Shown here in pieces: positions 14,190 to 26,974 of a DNA stretch of 64,000 nt. The notes under the pieces were generated by a model. The model was not told the origin of the DNA. It saw only the letters and a program-made list of their open reading frames with translations, and did no database searches. Origin of the DNA: Octopus vulgaris (taxonomy: Eukaryota); NCBI GenBank assembly GCA_951406725.2, contig OX597824.1, positions 35,464,001 through 35,528,000 of the forward strand. Direction: 5' to 3'. The position numbers and the translations under genes are program-made. Numbering within the stretch: position 1 is the first letter of the stretch; the number at the start of each line of letters is the position of its first letter.

Positions 14190-14390
14190 TCTTTTACAGA
14201 CACAAGGAGAGTAATTTCAAGGGAGTAGGCTCATCAATTACATCGGCCCCAATGCTCAACTGGTACTTATCGATCCCGAAAGGATGAAAGGCAAAAATCT
14301 ACCTCGGCAGAATTTGAACTCAGAACGAAAAGGCAGACGAAATATCGCTAAGCATTTTGTCCGGTGTGCTAAGGATTCTACTCGCTCGCA
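14190..14390 (-). mobile_element. SINE family A variant
   Basis: GATCCCGAAAGGATGAAAGGC..AATTTGAACTCAGAAC..GCTAAGCATTT. Confidence 0.8.
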
Positions 14391-14394
14391 GCCT

Positions 14395-14816
14395 GGAAAA
14401 AAAATTGATAAGCTCAGAAAATATAAATAGTTGGTGATTGAAATCGAAAAAATGTGGTACCTCAAGACGGTTACAATACCAATAACTGTAGGAGCAGTTG
14501 GAATGATCAAAAATGGAACTGAAAATTATTTGAGGATTATCCTTAGCTTACCAGGAAGTGCAAAAGGTTGTCTTAACTGGTACGTCACACGTATTACTAA
14601 GTACATTGTTACTGTGAATTTTCTTTTCTTTTTTCCCCCTTATTTTCTTTGTTTTCTTTCTTTTTCATTTTTCATTTTTGTCTTTATTTCCTCTGTCTTT
14701 CTTCTCCTTTTATTCTATCACATGACTTAGAAAATAAACAATCTGATTAATTTTAATGGCCTGTCAACGTATACAGTAAGTTTCTTTGCCTTAAGTTTTG
14801 GGAAGACACTTGAAGA
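14395..14816 (+). mobile_element. R4/Dong-like LINE 3' end (third subfamily)
   Basis: KLRKYK*LVIEIEKMWYLKTVTIPITVGAVGMIK..EVQKVVLTGTSHVL plus pyrimidine-rich 3' UTR; homologous to 33220-33530 on the minus strand. Confidence 0.8.
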
Positions 14817-15368
14817 TGTCTTGATGCAGTACCAGGCAGTGGTTGTCATGGCTTCTCATCTCAACTGATTGGAAATGTTACCATGTACATTGTTTTGTAT
14901 TGGTATAAAAGATGAGCTACAGCAAATATTCTGCTCAGTATCACAGATATACTTGTCAGTTGTTTGACCATAACCATTTGAGCATGTCCCTTAGTGGCTG
15001 ACGATATGTGCATCTCTGATCACAAGCAGAAGTAGTGGAGGAGCATCATAGCCATGTGTTGAGAGGAATTCTTTGGGGTTTGGATAAATCATCTTTGGAA
15101 ATATAGGTGTTTCGTTCAACATCCTTAAACAACCCATATTCAAAACCTTTTGAGCGGGATGAGCTACTCGACCTGAAAAAAAATCTGAGCCCCACCTGCA
15201 ACATCATGCGCTGTTTATTTTGATATGAGATTACCTTGTCACGCACATATGGTTGCGATGCATGTGCCTATGGTACCCTTACCAGACGAGTAGTCACGAT
15301 GAGTATACTAGGCTTTGTATATTTTGTCCCAGTGTCACTCTGAGATGGCACGCACTGCCTCTCACTCA
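14817..15368 (+). mobile_element. Family D repeat, copy 2
   Basis: Collinear with 957-1453; followed by (AAT)n to ~15520. Confidence 0.8.
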
Positions 15369-15373
15369 GTAAT

Positions 15374-15413
<40 letters not shown>

Positions 15414-15458
15414 TTAATAATAATAATAATAATAATGATAATAATAATGATGATGATG

Positions 15459-15523
<65 letters not shown>

Positions 15524-17637
15524 CGGCATCAGCAACAACAGCAAAAACAACAATAATAATAATCTAAATCAGAAATACGGGTAAGAAAACTTACTCTGCA
15601 ACAACATGGTTCTAGGTTCAGCCTCCACTGCATGACACTTTGTGAAAATGTCTTCTTGTATAGCCCCCGGCCGACTAATCCTTTGCAAAAGAATTTGAGA
15701 GACGGAACTGTGTAGAAGCCAGTCGTATATATATATATATATATATATATTTCTATATGTGTGTGAGTGTCAGTGTGCGCATGTGTGTGCATATATGTGT
15801 ATGCATGTGTGCGTGTGTCTGTGTGAGTTTGTATCTGTGTCCAACCCCTCCACCACTTGACAGATGGTTTGTTTTTTTTTACACTCCCGTAACATTATAT
15901 CCTAAGGTCGACTTCACTTTTCATCTTCTCGATGACAAATAAAATATATAAATAACCAAATAAATAAATAAATAAAAGACTTCCTAATATAGTGAGGCTG
16001 ATTACAATGACTATTTAATCGCCGTCAAAAGAATCTGATTATGTGTCACTGTTAGAAATCGATAACCTATATGTCTGACATGAATACTTTAGGTGTACAA
16101 TAATCATATACTATAATATAACTCCCATAAACGATTTAGTGAAAGCATAACTAAAATGATGCATTCTGTAAATTACTTAAGAGAAAAGCTTACTTTGGGG
16201 TAGCGTAAATACAACAGATGAACCATGAAGCAATAACTATTTAAAAAAATTCAATAGAATAAAATTGTAACGAATAAAAGTCAAGTTAATGTTTTAAGGC
16301 ATGTAAGAACAGAATAAATTATCAATGTTTCAAGCATAGGCTCTCTTTCAAGAAAAACGAAAACATTATCAAAGCAGAAAGCGAAAACGATAGTAATTCC
16401 ATCGGATTCTGGATCTCATTTAAGATATGTTCCTGTGATAGATATATGGCAATTCTTGATGACGTCACTCCTGTTGCTGTTTCTAACCTTTTATTTCACT
16501 GAAGAATCACCAATATTTCCACTCATCATAACATCATTCGAGACTGTTAATGACAGCTTTCTGCTTTTTTATTCATCATTTTGTAAATTGATTGTTACAT
16601 TGAAATGTCACTTGAAACAATTTATTCTTTGCTTTCTACTCTTTCGCATAGAAAATCGTCAATTTGTTTCTTTTTTTTTTTTTAACATACATTTGTTAAT
16701 AATACATTAGTTTACATAGTTTTAGTGCCCAGCCTTTTCCCGTTCTATAAATATTATTCATGTGTTCATTTCATGAATGTAAAAGTCCATCAGTCAAATG
16801 TATAGGTTGAAGTTTGGATGCTTTTTTTTTCTAGAAGTTCCACTCACACATTAGGGACACAATTATTCTAATTACATCTCCTACCTTCTATCACATATTC
16901 TCGACTTTTCGATTTTTATTCTATTTTCCTGTTTTATTGTCTTTTATGTACTTATTTCCCTAGTTATATTTGAGACTAATAAAATAAAAGCTCCAATTCG
17001 CCGTCCTTCTCTATAAAACTTGCCCAATAGTATAATGCTACACCAGTCTGCTCAGCTTAACCTCTTTCTAATATCTTGGACCTAGTTACTGAGACATATT
17101 TCATTAAATTATTTCAGATTTCTCCTTATTGTTTCTTAAAGACAGTTCCTATTATTAAAAAAAGCATTCGTCTGTTTTATTTCCTTCCATTATATATTAT
17201 TGCACTGGCATTTGGCCGAGTTGATTGGATACAAGTCAACCGTCTGAGAGCATTAAAATAGAAATACTGACGCTAGCAAACTGTATTGTGTCAACGATCA
17301 AGAAAAAATATTTCACTAAGTCGCACTTGGCTAGAAATAGGTATAGCTCTCTGCTAGAGCAGTAGCACACTTTTCTCTCAGTTGAGGATCGAGCTACAAT
17401 TGATTATATTGACTATATTCCAAAACTGGTATTTATTATATCGGCCCTGAACGGATAAAAAGTAAAGTTGATCTTTGCATTTTGTCCGCAGTTTATAAGT
17501 ACCGTATTTGATGGCATATAAAACTTTTTTTAAATTGTTTCCAAAAGCCACCCCTGGTCCTGCATGCAAAGTTGGGCCTCTCATGAGCTAATTTTGTCCT
17601 GGACGTTCACTAATACAATAGTAATTTAAATCTAAAC

Positions 17638-17827
17638 CAGTGTTTCTCTACCATTGTTTGCCTATGGACCCTTTTGATTCCTATTTTACTCGAGTGAATC
17701 CTCACAGCTTTTCGTGGTTTTAAAAAATCCTATTATATTTTATAATTAAATATCATTAGACTTTATACAAAAAAAAAATCTTATATGGACTCCCAACGGT
17801 CATATGGACTCTGATTCAAAACCACTG
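17638..17827. mobile_element. hAT-type (Charlie/MER5-like) MITE, 190 bp
   Basis: Termini CAGTGTTTCTC...CAAAACCACTG; 8-bp flanking duplication ATCTAAAC (17630-17637) / ATTTAAAC (17828-17835). Confidence 0.7.
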
Positions 17828-18629
17828 ATTTAAACGGTCTCTTCTACTTAGCCTAATTCCATAATATTAATATTAACTTAAACAATATTATTATTACTTT
17901 AGTAATGTTTTGTAATTTACTGCTAGATTGCTTTAACTACTACATGCTATAATGCCCTAAAACCGTATTATCCTGATTATGCACTGCAGAAATTGATGGC
18001 TTCAGATACAGCAACCAATATTTGATAAACTAGATTCAAACTATCTTGTCTACGCCATCTATCAGTCTAAATCCCTTTAAAGATTGACGCCTTCGAGTGG
18101 TTCAGTTATGAAACAATCTTACGGGATTCAACATTTATCGAAACTGATCAAATTTTTTTATTATAAACTCGCGGACTTAACCTTCATTTCAGCTTGTTAA
18201 GTAGCATTTCTTATTGTTTCTGTTATAGATTCTAATTTTCTTTTGTGTTCATTTAGTCTTCTACCCCTGCTTGCTTAATTTGATAGAAATCATATTCAGC
18301 ATAAATCGTATGTCATAAATCCTATACATCATAAATCCTACTGACTTTAGAATACCGTTCTAAGAAAGGATCCTCTATTTGGTCGTTTTATCAGAAAGAA
18401 ATAATAACCACAACTCTCTCAAATCACTACTGCCTTGAATCACATTGACTGATGTTGTCCTAAATATTCCAAAAGAAAATTAAATAAGTAAGATGGTCAC
18501 GGTTGGAATCCTTTGGCGCACGAGTTCTCTCTTATTCAGGAATGATCTGTGGATAAATAATAACAACAGTAACAACAACATTACAGAATCGATTTCTTTT
18601 TCATCTTTATATTTGTTGTGTGTGTGTGC

Positions 18630-18684
<55 letters not shown>

Positions 18685-19469
18685 ATTTCTGCCTGAGTCA
18701 AATATTTAGATGCAAGCAACTTTAAATGGCTAGTTTAATGTTAAAACGATTGGTCACCGTAGAAGACAATGAGAAAGTCTACATAAATTAACGGTGGAAA
18801 GTAATAAAATGAAAGAACTGAAGGAATTCGACAATAATTTTCGATTTCGATACATAAATGTTTCCAAGATCCAGGAGCTTAGATTCCAGTTTGATGGTGT
18901 GAAGCGGTAGAAGTGAGCGAGCGAAAAAGGAGAGAGAGAGAGAGAGAGAGAGAGGGGGGTAATAGAGAGCGACAGAGACAATTTCCACCGTACAGGTAAC
19001 GATTCCCGCTGATCGGATACTTATTCCCAGAGCAAAATAGAATAAAACTGTCTCCTCATAACAACCTCGAATCTATATTTCTTACATACAACCAAGCCTG
19101 TATGGAGCACGTACGATATAGGCCTCACAGAAGTCTGGATTTTACATTAAGAAATGCATTGATTACATTGTATTTAACTAGTAATCTCGCTTGATATGCT
19201 ACACTGGAGAAACATTTAGAAAATTGATTGTTTTTTTTTCTGTGACTGATATGGAAATTACAAACGGAGAAACATCCAGAAAAATTTGCAACGCACAGAT
19301 CTATGCATGTGGTTTGTCAAATGTGACTCTTGGAGTATCGGCAGAGTGAAATGTCGCTTTTCACTAATGAAATTAAATTCTCAGCACTGTAGCAAGTATT
19401 ATGTAGTCACTATATTTCGTACATTCTTCTGTCAGGAAATGGATACTATTTTGTATATTTAGATACTGC

Positions 19470-19950
19470 AAGGCAGTGAGCTGGCAAAATCGTTAGCAAT
19501 CTGAACAAGATGCTTAGCAGCATTTCGTCCGTCTTTATTTTCTAAGTTCAAATCCCGCTAAGATCGACTTTGTTTTTCATCCTCTCGGGATCTATAAAAT
19601 AAGTACCAGTCGAGCACTTGGGTGGATATAATCGACTAAACCCCTTCCTGGAAATTTCAGGCCTTGTGCCTATAGTAGATAGAAAGAATATTCATGCATC
19701 GCAACTGAGTTATCTACAAATATACATATTTCTTTACTACCCACAAGGGGCTAAACACAGAGGGGACAAACAAGGACAGACAAACGGATTAAGTCGATTA
19801 CATCGACCCCAGAGCGTAACTGGTACTTAATTTATCGACCCCGAAAGGATGAAAGGCAAAGTCGACCTTTGAACTCAGAACGTAGCGGCAGACGAAATAC
19901 GGCTACGCATTTCGCCCGGCGTGCTAACGTTTCTGCCAGTTCGCCACCAT
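19470..19950. mobile_element. Two SINE family A copies in tail-to-tail inverted orientation
   Basis: 19470-19690 (+) and 19727-19950 (-). Confidence 0.85.
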
Positions 19951-20866
19951 TTTTCTACAAATATACAAACCATATACCTACAGGGGTAGGTACAAATTAT
20001 ATTATATTATGCAACAGAAATTTATACTGGGTCAAAGGGTCATCAACTGACCAAGGTACACCAAAATCCAAGTAGCTTAGCGAGCAGAGATGACAAAAAT
20101 AACACGACCTTTTTGCTTAGTAGACAGGATATATTCTGACGCTCTTAAATTATCACAATAATATCTACTTACAAAAAAGCTTATAATTTTATTTCTTACT
20201 TTAATGATTACATTGCTCCAGATAAAAACGTGTCTTTAAAGTGGCTGTGTTAAATTACCTCTGATTCAATATTACCTTCATATATAAAAAGGATCCTCGC
20301 CCCAGACGTAGAGGATAGCCCCTGCTACGATCTTTTACTGACATCCGTCAACACTAATGACGGTGAACTGGAAGAAACGATGTGGTGAACAATAATATAC
20401 TGAGTTCAAATCTCGAAGAAGTAAACTTTACCCTTCATTTTTCGGGTTCAATAAAATAAATCCCTCTAATATACTGGAAAAATAGCTAATCAACCCTCAA
20501 TAACTTTTGGTCGTCTGTCACTTTTTGAAATAGATAGACATCAACATGTCGACGTTGATTGTAGAGATTCGAACTCAGAACTAAGAATGACGAAACTAAA
20601 TACAATCGATAATTTAATCCATTACTGTTGAGTATTGGTCATATGAGCCGGGCGAAGTATGATGGTGTGGTCAAGAAGGATGCTTCGTAACCCTGTGGTT
20701 CCGGGTTTGATATCGCCACTACGCAACTACATTCAACAAATGTTTACAACCATAACTTCAGATTTACCAATACCTCACAAGTGACACTGATAGGCAGAAA
20801 CTATGCGGAAATCCGTCCTCTACGTCTGTGTGTATCTGTGTGTGTGTGTATGTGTGTCTGTGTTTC

Positions 20867-20904
<38 letters not shown>

Positions 20905-20944
20905 TGTGTGTGTGTGTGTGTGTTCATGTTTTTGTGTGATTATA

Positions 20945-21161
20945 CGAGGGGCTGCTGAAAAGTTCCTTGCTTTGGGTAAAAGAAAATACAGGAGGATCAG
21001 TTATTTATGATTTTATTCACCATATTCCCCTCTCAGGTTCATTTACTTATTGCAGCGGCCCTTCAGTTTTTCTAAGCTCTGTAAAAGAACTTGGGAAGTT
21101 GAGCCTCCAATAAGGCCTTTCGTGATGCCCTTAAAGCCAGGAACTTTTCAAAAACCCCTCG
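20945..21161 (-). mobile_element. Mariner-derived MITE, 217 bp
   Basis: TA|CGAGGGGCTGCTGAAAAGTTCC ... GGAACTTTTCAAAAACCCCTCG|TA; minus-strand interior reads QSLEKLKGRCNK*MNLRGEYGE*, resembling a mariner C-terminus; homolog at 39502-39706. Confidence 0.85.
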
Positions 21162-22064
21162 TAAATGTGAGTATAATTAGCGTATGTATGCGCGCAAGTA
21201 TATTTCACCGGTGTATATTGGTGGTGAAGGTTATAAACATAAACAAGAAACAGAAAAATTGTTGTTTTGCAAACGAAGTCCCTTGGAATATTAATTTTGC
21301 ATCAATTTAGAAACACTTCGTCTCACTCAAACCATCAGATTGACACGTTAAAAGCCTTCGAACAATGATTCTATTGTTCACAAGATACATCATTATAACA
21401 TAAATTAATAAACTAAAAACACGATAAAATTATTTCACCCATCAAAATTGAAGGTCAGTTTTTCCTTTTAGATTGTCAGCGAATTGTCCAAATTAGTAAA
21501 TGTTGTAATAATTTCATAGACACCAGGAAAATTTGATGTCAAACCAGTGAATCATCGAATTAAATCCGGGATAAATCTGACAATGCAAAAGAATCTTAGA
21601 GTTGTAGATGAGGATCAAAGAATATGTTGGAAGTCAGCGTTTGTCAGAAAACGCAGCTGTGCTGTCGATGCAGTGTGTTTGCAGCAATGCCGCCGCCGAT
21701 GCAGTGTTGATAAAAGAATGCAAACATGGTAGAGTTTCTGTTGATTTCGATGATGAGCATTCAGTTATTTAAATTAGTTTACTGAATGCTCATCGAGACT
21801 CACTTGTAGGCGACAGAGGATTCTAAAGACACGTACCTTAAAAGAATCTCAGAGCGAATCAACCTGAAACAATATGTGAAAAGTATGCTCCCCATTGAAT
21901 TACTAGTACAGTTCACCTGACGAGCTTCCAAACAGTTTCCTTCTATCCATTTTCAACCCCCAAAGTCTCAATTGGCTCCAGACTCTTTCTCAGTATATCA
22001 TGCAGTGGGATTAAACCGACACTTTATAATTGTGCGAAGCGAAATTCGTAAGTAGCTGGTCATA

Positions 22065-22156
<92 letters not shown>

Positions 22157-22179
22157 TATATATATATAGATTTATATCG

Positions 22180-22515
22180 CACTGTATGTGTTTTGTCTAG
22201 AAGCCGAATTTGCTACGGTATAGCTCCCCACACAACGCCGAATGTGAAAGAACAGCTGAATGTCACAGGCCAGGCAAAACAACTCACCTCAGAATCACCG
22301 AGAGTGATACATACCGATATCTCACCATTATTATGGCTTATCAATACCATGCACTCGGATCATCTGGAAACGAAATGAATCTCTGGTTTACGACTATTAT
22401 ACAAATAGAGTAAAATCTATTTGCTGATGTACTGCGGCGTAGCGCATGTTAAAGTATATTAAATTAAGAATTAAAAGCAGCTCTGGCAATGTAAATATTA
22501 CCAATCGCAGATATG
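22180..22515 (-). repeat. 330-bp retrozyme-like unit, copy 1 (degenerate full-length type I HHR at 22298-22358)
   Basis: Collinear with 30226-30555; minus strand CCGAG tgcat GGTA TTGATAA GCCA taataa TGGT GAGA TATCGGTA TG TATC act CTCGG. Confidence 0.6.
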
Positions 22516-23698
22516 CCTCGAAAGAAAAAAATGGTGTCAGCGTGGGATCAAAGAGCTGGCAGAAAGTGTCTTCAGACGGTGTAACACGATGGCCTCGACT
22601 TTAAATGCTAGGCTGCTTTACCAAAATATTGCAAAAGTTTTTACTCAGCACAATATTATCGCGTTAAATACTCAAATCATCCTGATGCCTTGTAGTTTGG
22701 GGTTGGCAATGAAGCCGAAATTTTTGCGCTTACCGAAGATCAGACATATTCTTGTCTGCATATCTCAACTTAATTTTTGCCCTTTTTTGCCGATGAATTT
22801 TCCTCAACGCCAATACTTTTCTTTTTATCAAAGGTAAAATCTCTCTCGATTAACCATTCCTTTCTCTTTATTACAATGAACATAATAACCAGAACATTAT
22901 ATTTTCTTAATGCAAAAGGCACCTCTAAAAATTTTCATTGTTTGTTATATATCTATGCTTAGATACATACATACATAGGTACGTACGTACGTACATACAT
23001 ACATACATACATACATACATACATACATACATACATACATACATACATGTATTCATATGTATACCTACACCATTCTCAAATATTTATGTTTGTGTCTTTC
23101 AGGGTGTGTGTGAAAACGTATATGCGGTTTGGTGTAACGTATATGTAAGTGTATGTGTATGAATGTAAGCCAATACATGTGAAGATACGTGGAAGAGAAA
23201 CACTCGTCATTTCAACCTAAGTGGTCTATGTACTGACAAGTTAGTAAACAACAGCTTTGTAAATATGAAGTATAGCCTCGTTTTTATCTGTGATAAATGC
23301 ATTAAAAGACTCTACCTTCGCCGACCAAGAGATGATAACAAGAGATAACTAGCAAATACTTGATAAGTAAAGGAAACAAATACACATACATCAGCTAACT
23401 GAGATACAAAATTACCTTTGTGCCACACTGGTAGCGGGATATGACTCTCAGCATAAGCAAGCCAATGCCAAGAGGTTATCCCCATACCACTAACTTTTGA
23501 AGAGGCATGACATAATTTATAAACACCGTGTAGAGTGTTGCCTGTGGGTAAGATTACTCAAGACGTTTTATGATGTCTCTAGAGAAACCGGCTTTATCTA
23601 AATCTTTTGAAAGAATTTTGGTAAAATATTTTAAAATAATAAAAATTCTTATTTACTTAACAGAATATTTATCTAACAGAAATTACAGCATCACGGTG

Positions 23699-23815
23699 CA
23701 GGTGTTTTATATACTGAAATCATGCAGCTGTTGTGTGCACCGGAATGGCACAGCTGTTACGCACAGTGAACGTCACAGCTGTTATACGCAAACGAAAGGT
23801 ACAGCTGCGCTATAC
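23699..23815 (+). repeat. Degenerate 26-bp minisatellite with CAG(C/G)TG in each unit
   Basis: CAGGTG/CAGCTG at 23699, 23725, 23751, 23776 and 23802. Confidence 0.75.
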
Positions 23816-23819
23816 ATAT

Positions 23820-24800
23820 AAACATTCTAAACTGCATTTCAACAAAATACTCGAAATAACGAGGAAACTTTCACTCCTTAATGCCCTCCAAGTTCACCGG
23901 AGCACAGTCATCATATCCCTTTCTACCGCTACTGCAACGTCCTCTGCTCTTCTAAATTAACAAAGGATTTACCATCGTATTCAAACCTACTCAGTACATC
24001 ACCCTCCACCCTTCCTGTCAATACTTCGAATTTTTGTATGCAGTGGCTAAGGTCAGTCAAGGATTCAGGAACTTGTTGATCGAAAAAATAACGAACACGA
24101 ACACGGTACTTTGGTCACCACCTGGTGCCATACTCTCTTTTGTACCAACTGACACCCTACATATAAACTTCTACCTCTGAATTACGGACCATGTTTTCAA
24201 ACTCACCACTGTAAACACAAACATAACGTGTAATTATATGTAAACAAAATAAGAACCACAGCCTAAATTTACTCTTCTGAAAAAAACTTATCATTAGAAC
24301 GGATATACCTACCTATCCACCACTGGACAAAAGAACATGAATCTTGGAAGGTAACACCTGAAGTCTATGACTTATTTCTCTTTCTTATACCTAATCCATT
24401 TTACTAAATTTTACTCCTCTCACACTCTTGCTCCTATTCTTCTTATGCCCAATAAGAAAAATATACTGTACCTATTGGTAACTGACTCTTGTATGTATTG
24501 GCTCTCCTAAACATTTACACCCTCTGATGAAGCCTAGAGGCACACTCAACATCCAAACTCTATCTACCCATCCTTACAGAACACTGAAGAGATGGAGCTA
24601 GCATGGGGATATCGTGGCCTCTTGGCAGAAACGGCCGTAAGGAACTGATCTTTTAATCTTCTACTCTTTTATGTATTACTAGTATATATATTTGTGTAGC
24701 ACACAGTCTTTAAATATGCATGTATTCTTTGTTTTGGAATAAATAGTCATAATAGAATGTCTACCGGTTGATGTATGTTATTTTTATATCCCCCTCCATT
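23820..24800 (+). mobile_element. Degraded Penelope-like element 3' end and terminal repeat
   Basis: Weak remnant resembling the PLE endonuclease C-terminus (..LNLLF*KKLIIR..PLDKRT*ILEG) followed by a canonical HHR at 24521-24642. Confidence 0.5.
24521..24642 (+). ncRNA. Type I hammerhead ribozyme motif with extended helix II
   Basis: CCT CTGATGA AGCCTAGAGGC ... GCCTCTTGGCA GAAAC GGCC GTA AGG; helix I CCT/AGG, palindromic helix III ACGGCCGT, predicted cleavage after A24639. Confidence 0.8.
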
Positions 24801-25699
24801 TTTTTTGCCGTATAAATTAAGGATAAACCACTTTTTACCCCTGCCCATATATGACACTCGATTGTGAAATTGCCACGCAATAACCAGCACTTGGGCATTA
24901 ATAATTGGGCACACTACCAGCAGTATATTGGATAGTACTATCTCTTAGGTAGTTGGCTTCCCAACCTCAAATACTCACGGAAATATGTGTGTGTGTGCAT
25001 TTACTTTGGAAGCGTACATGCCAGGCCAGTGATTTGTTCTGAAGCTATGAGGTGAAACTAAAACGATTCAGCGTGAAAGGCACATAGCCATTCAGAAACT
25101 CACAAAACTTTTACCATCACTTAAACATTTATTATTTGTTATATAGTGTGAAAATTTTCGTGGCGCCAGCTACTCTTTTTTTATACATACATACATACAA
25201 AAATACATATATACATACATACATACATACATACATACATACATACATACATACATACATACATACATACATACATTCTTGTGTACATACATACATACGT
25301 ACATTCATACATACATACACATATACACATTAATCAATGCGTGTTATGTTGTTAACAGAGTTCCCCATCAAATACACGACTGTGCTCGACTTTGAACCTT
25401 TTTTATTAAGGATTTTTCATTTCCTATTAGTCATTTGCTACTAATTTGGAAGGATGATTTTTCCTAAAGTCATGTGTCTGGCATTTCGAGATTCTCTCTC
25501 AATCTCATTTTCATAATAAAACAAAATGTAATGCCATGTTGCTCAGTCTCCGGGGTTGCAAAGGACTTCGGACTGACAAGCCTTACGTCTCTTAAATATA
25601 ATGCTTATTTGCTCAACATTCTACGCCTGCAGCTATCCACACTCGAAACCTGTAATGGCGATGTGAACAGTCAATTTAACCAAAGACGCATTTCACCCA

Positions 25700-26560
<861 letters not shown>

Positions 26561-26705
26561 TATATTTCAAACATATGCATAAACATCATAATACACCAAC
26601 AACACTAAATAAATGACCCCTTAAATGCTGCTTTCCCTTCACTGACAGAACCATCAACCTCACATTTAAAATTATATAACGGAAGTCCAGCTAGATCCCA
26701 TGGCA

Positions 26706-26770
<65 letters not shown>

Positions 26771-26776
<6 letters not shown>

Positions 26777-26974
26777 ATCCAAACAAGAAACCACGAAAAG
26801 AAACACAACAACGTGAGGACGTGGAACAAATATAGTATTATTGGACGCTCAGGAAAGAAGGAAAGAAGGAAAGAAGGAGGGTTTAACGTTTCGAGCGGAG
26901 CTCTTCGTCGGAAACATAGGAGAAGGAAAGATCCAGAGAAGGGAAGACAGAGGAAAAAAAATCGCCAACGGTAC
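26771..26974 (-). mobile_element. Penelope-like terminal segment with minimal HHR variant (26881-26915)
   Basis: Minus strand GTTT CCGACGA AGAGC TCC GCTC GAAAC GTT AAAC; near-identical copy at 29888-30095. Confidence 0.7.

Noticed and set aside
16460-16467. Perfect CRE site TGACGTCA
   Set aside because: A single 8-mer is expected by chance in 64 kb.
23699-23815. CRISPR-like regular spacing
   Set aside because: The repeat is only ~6-8 bp, the spacers are mutually related, the context is eukaryotic and there are no cas genes.
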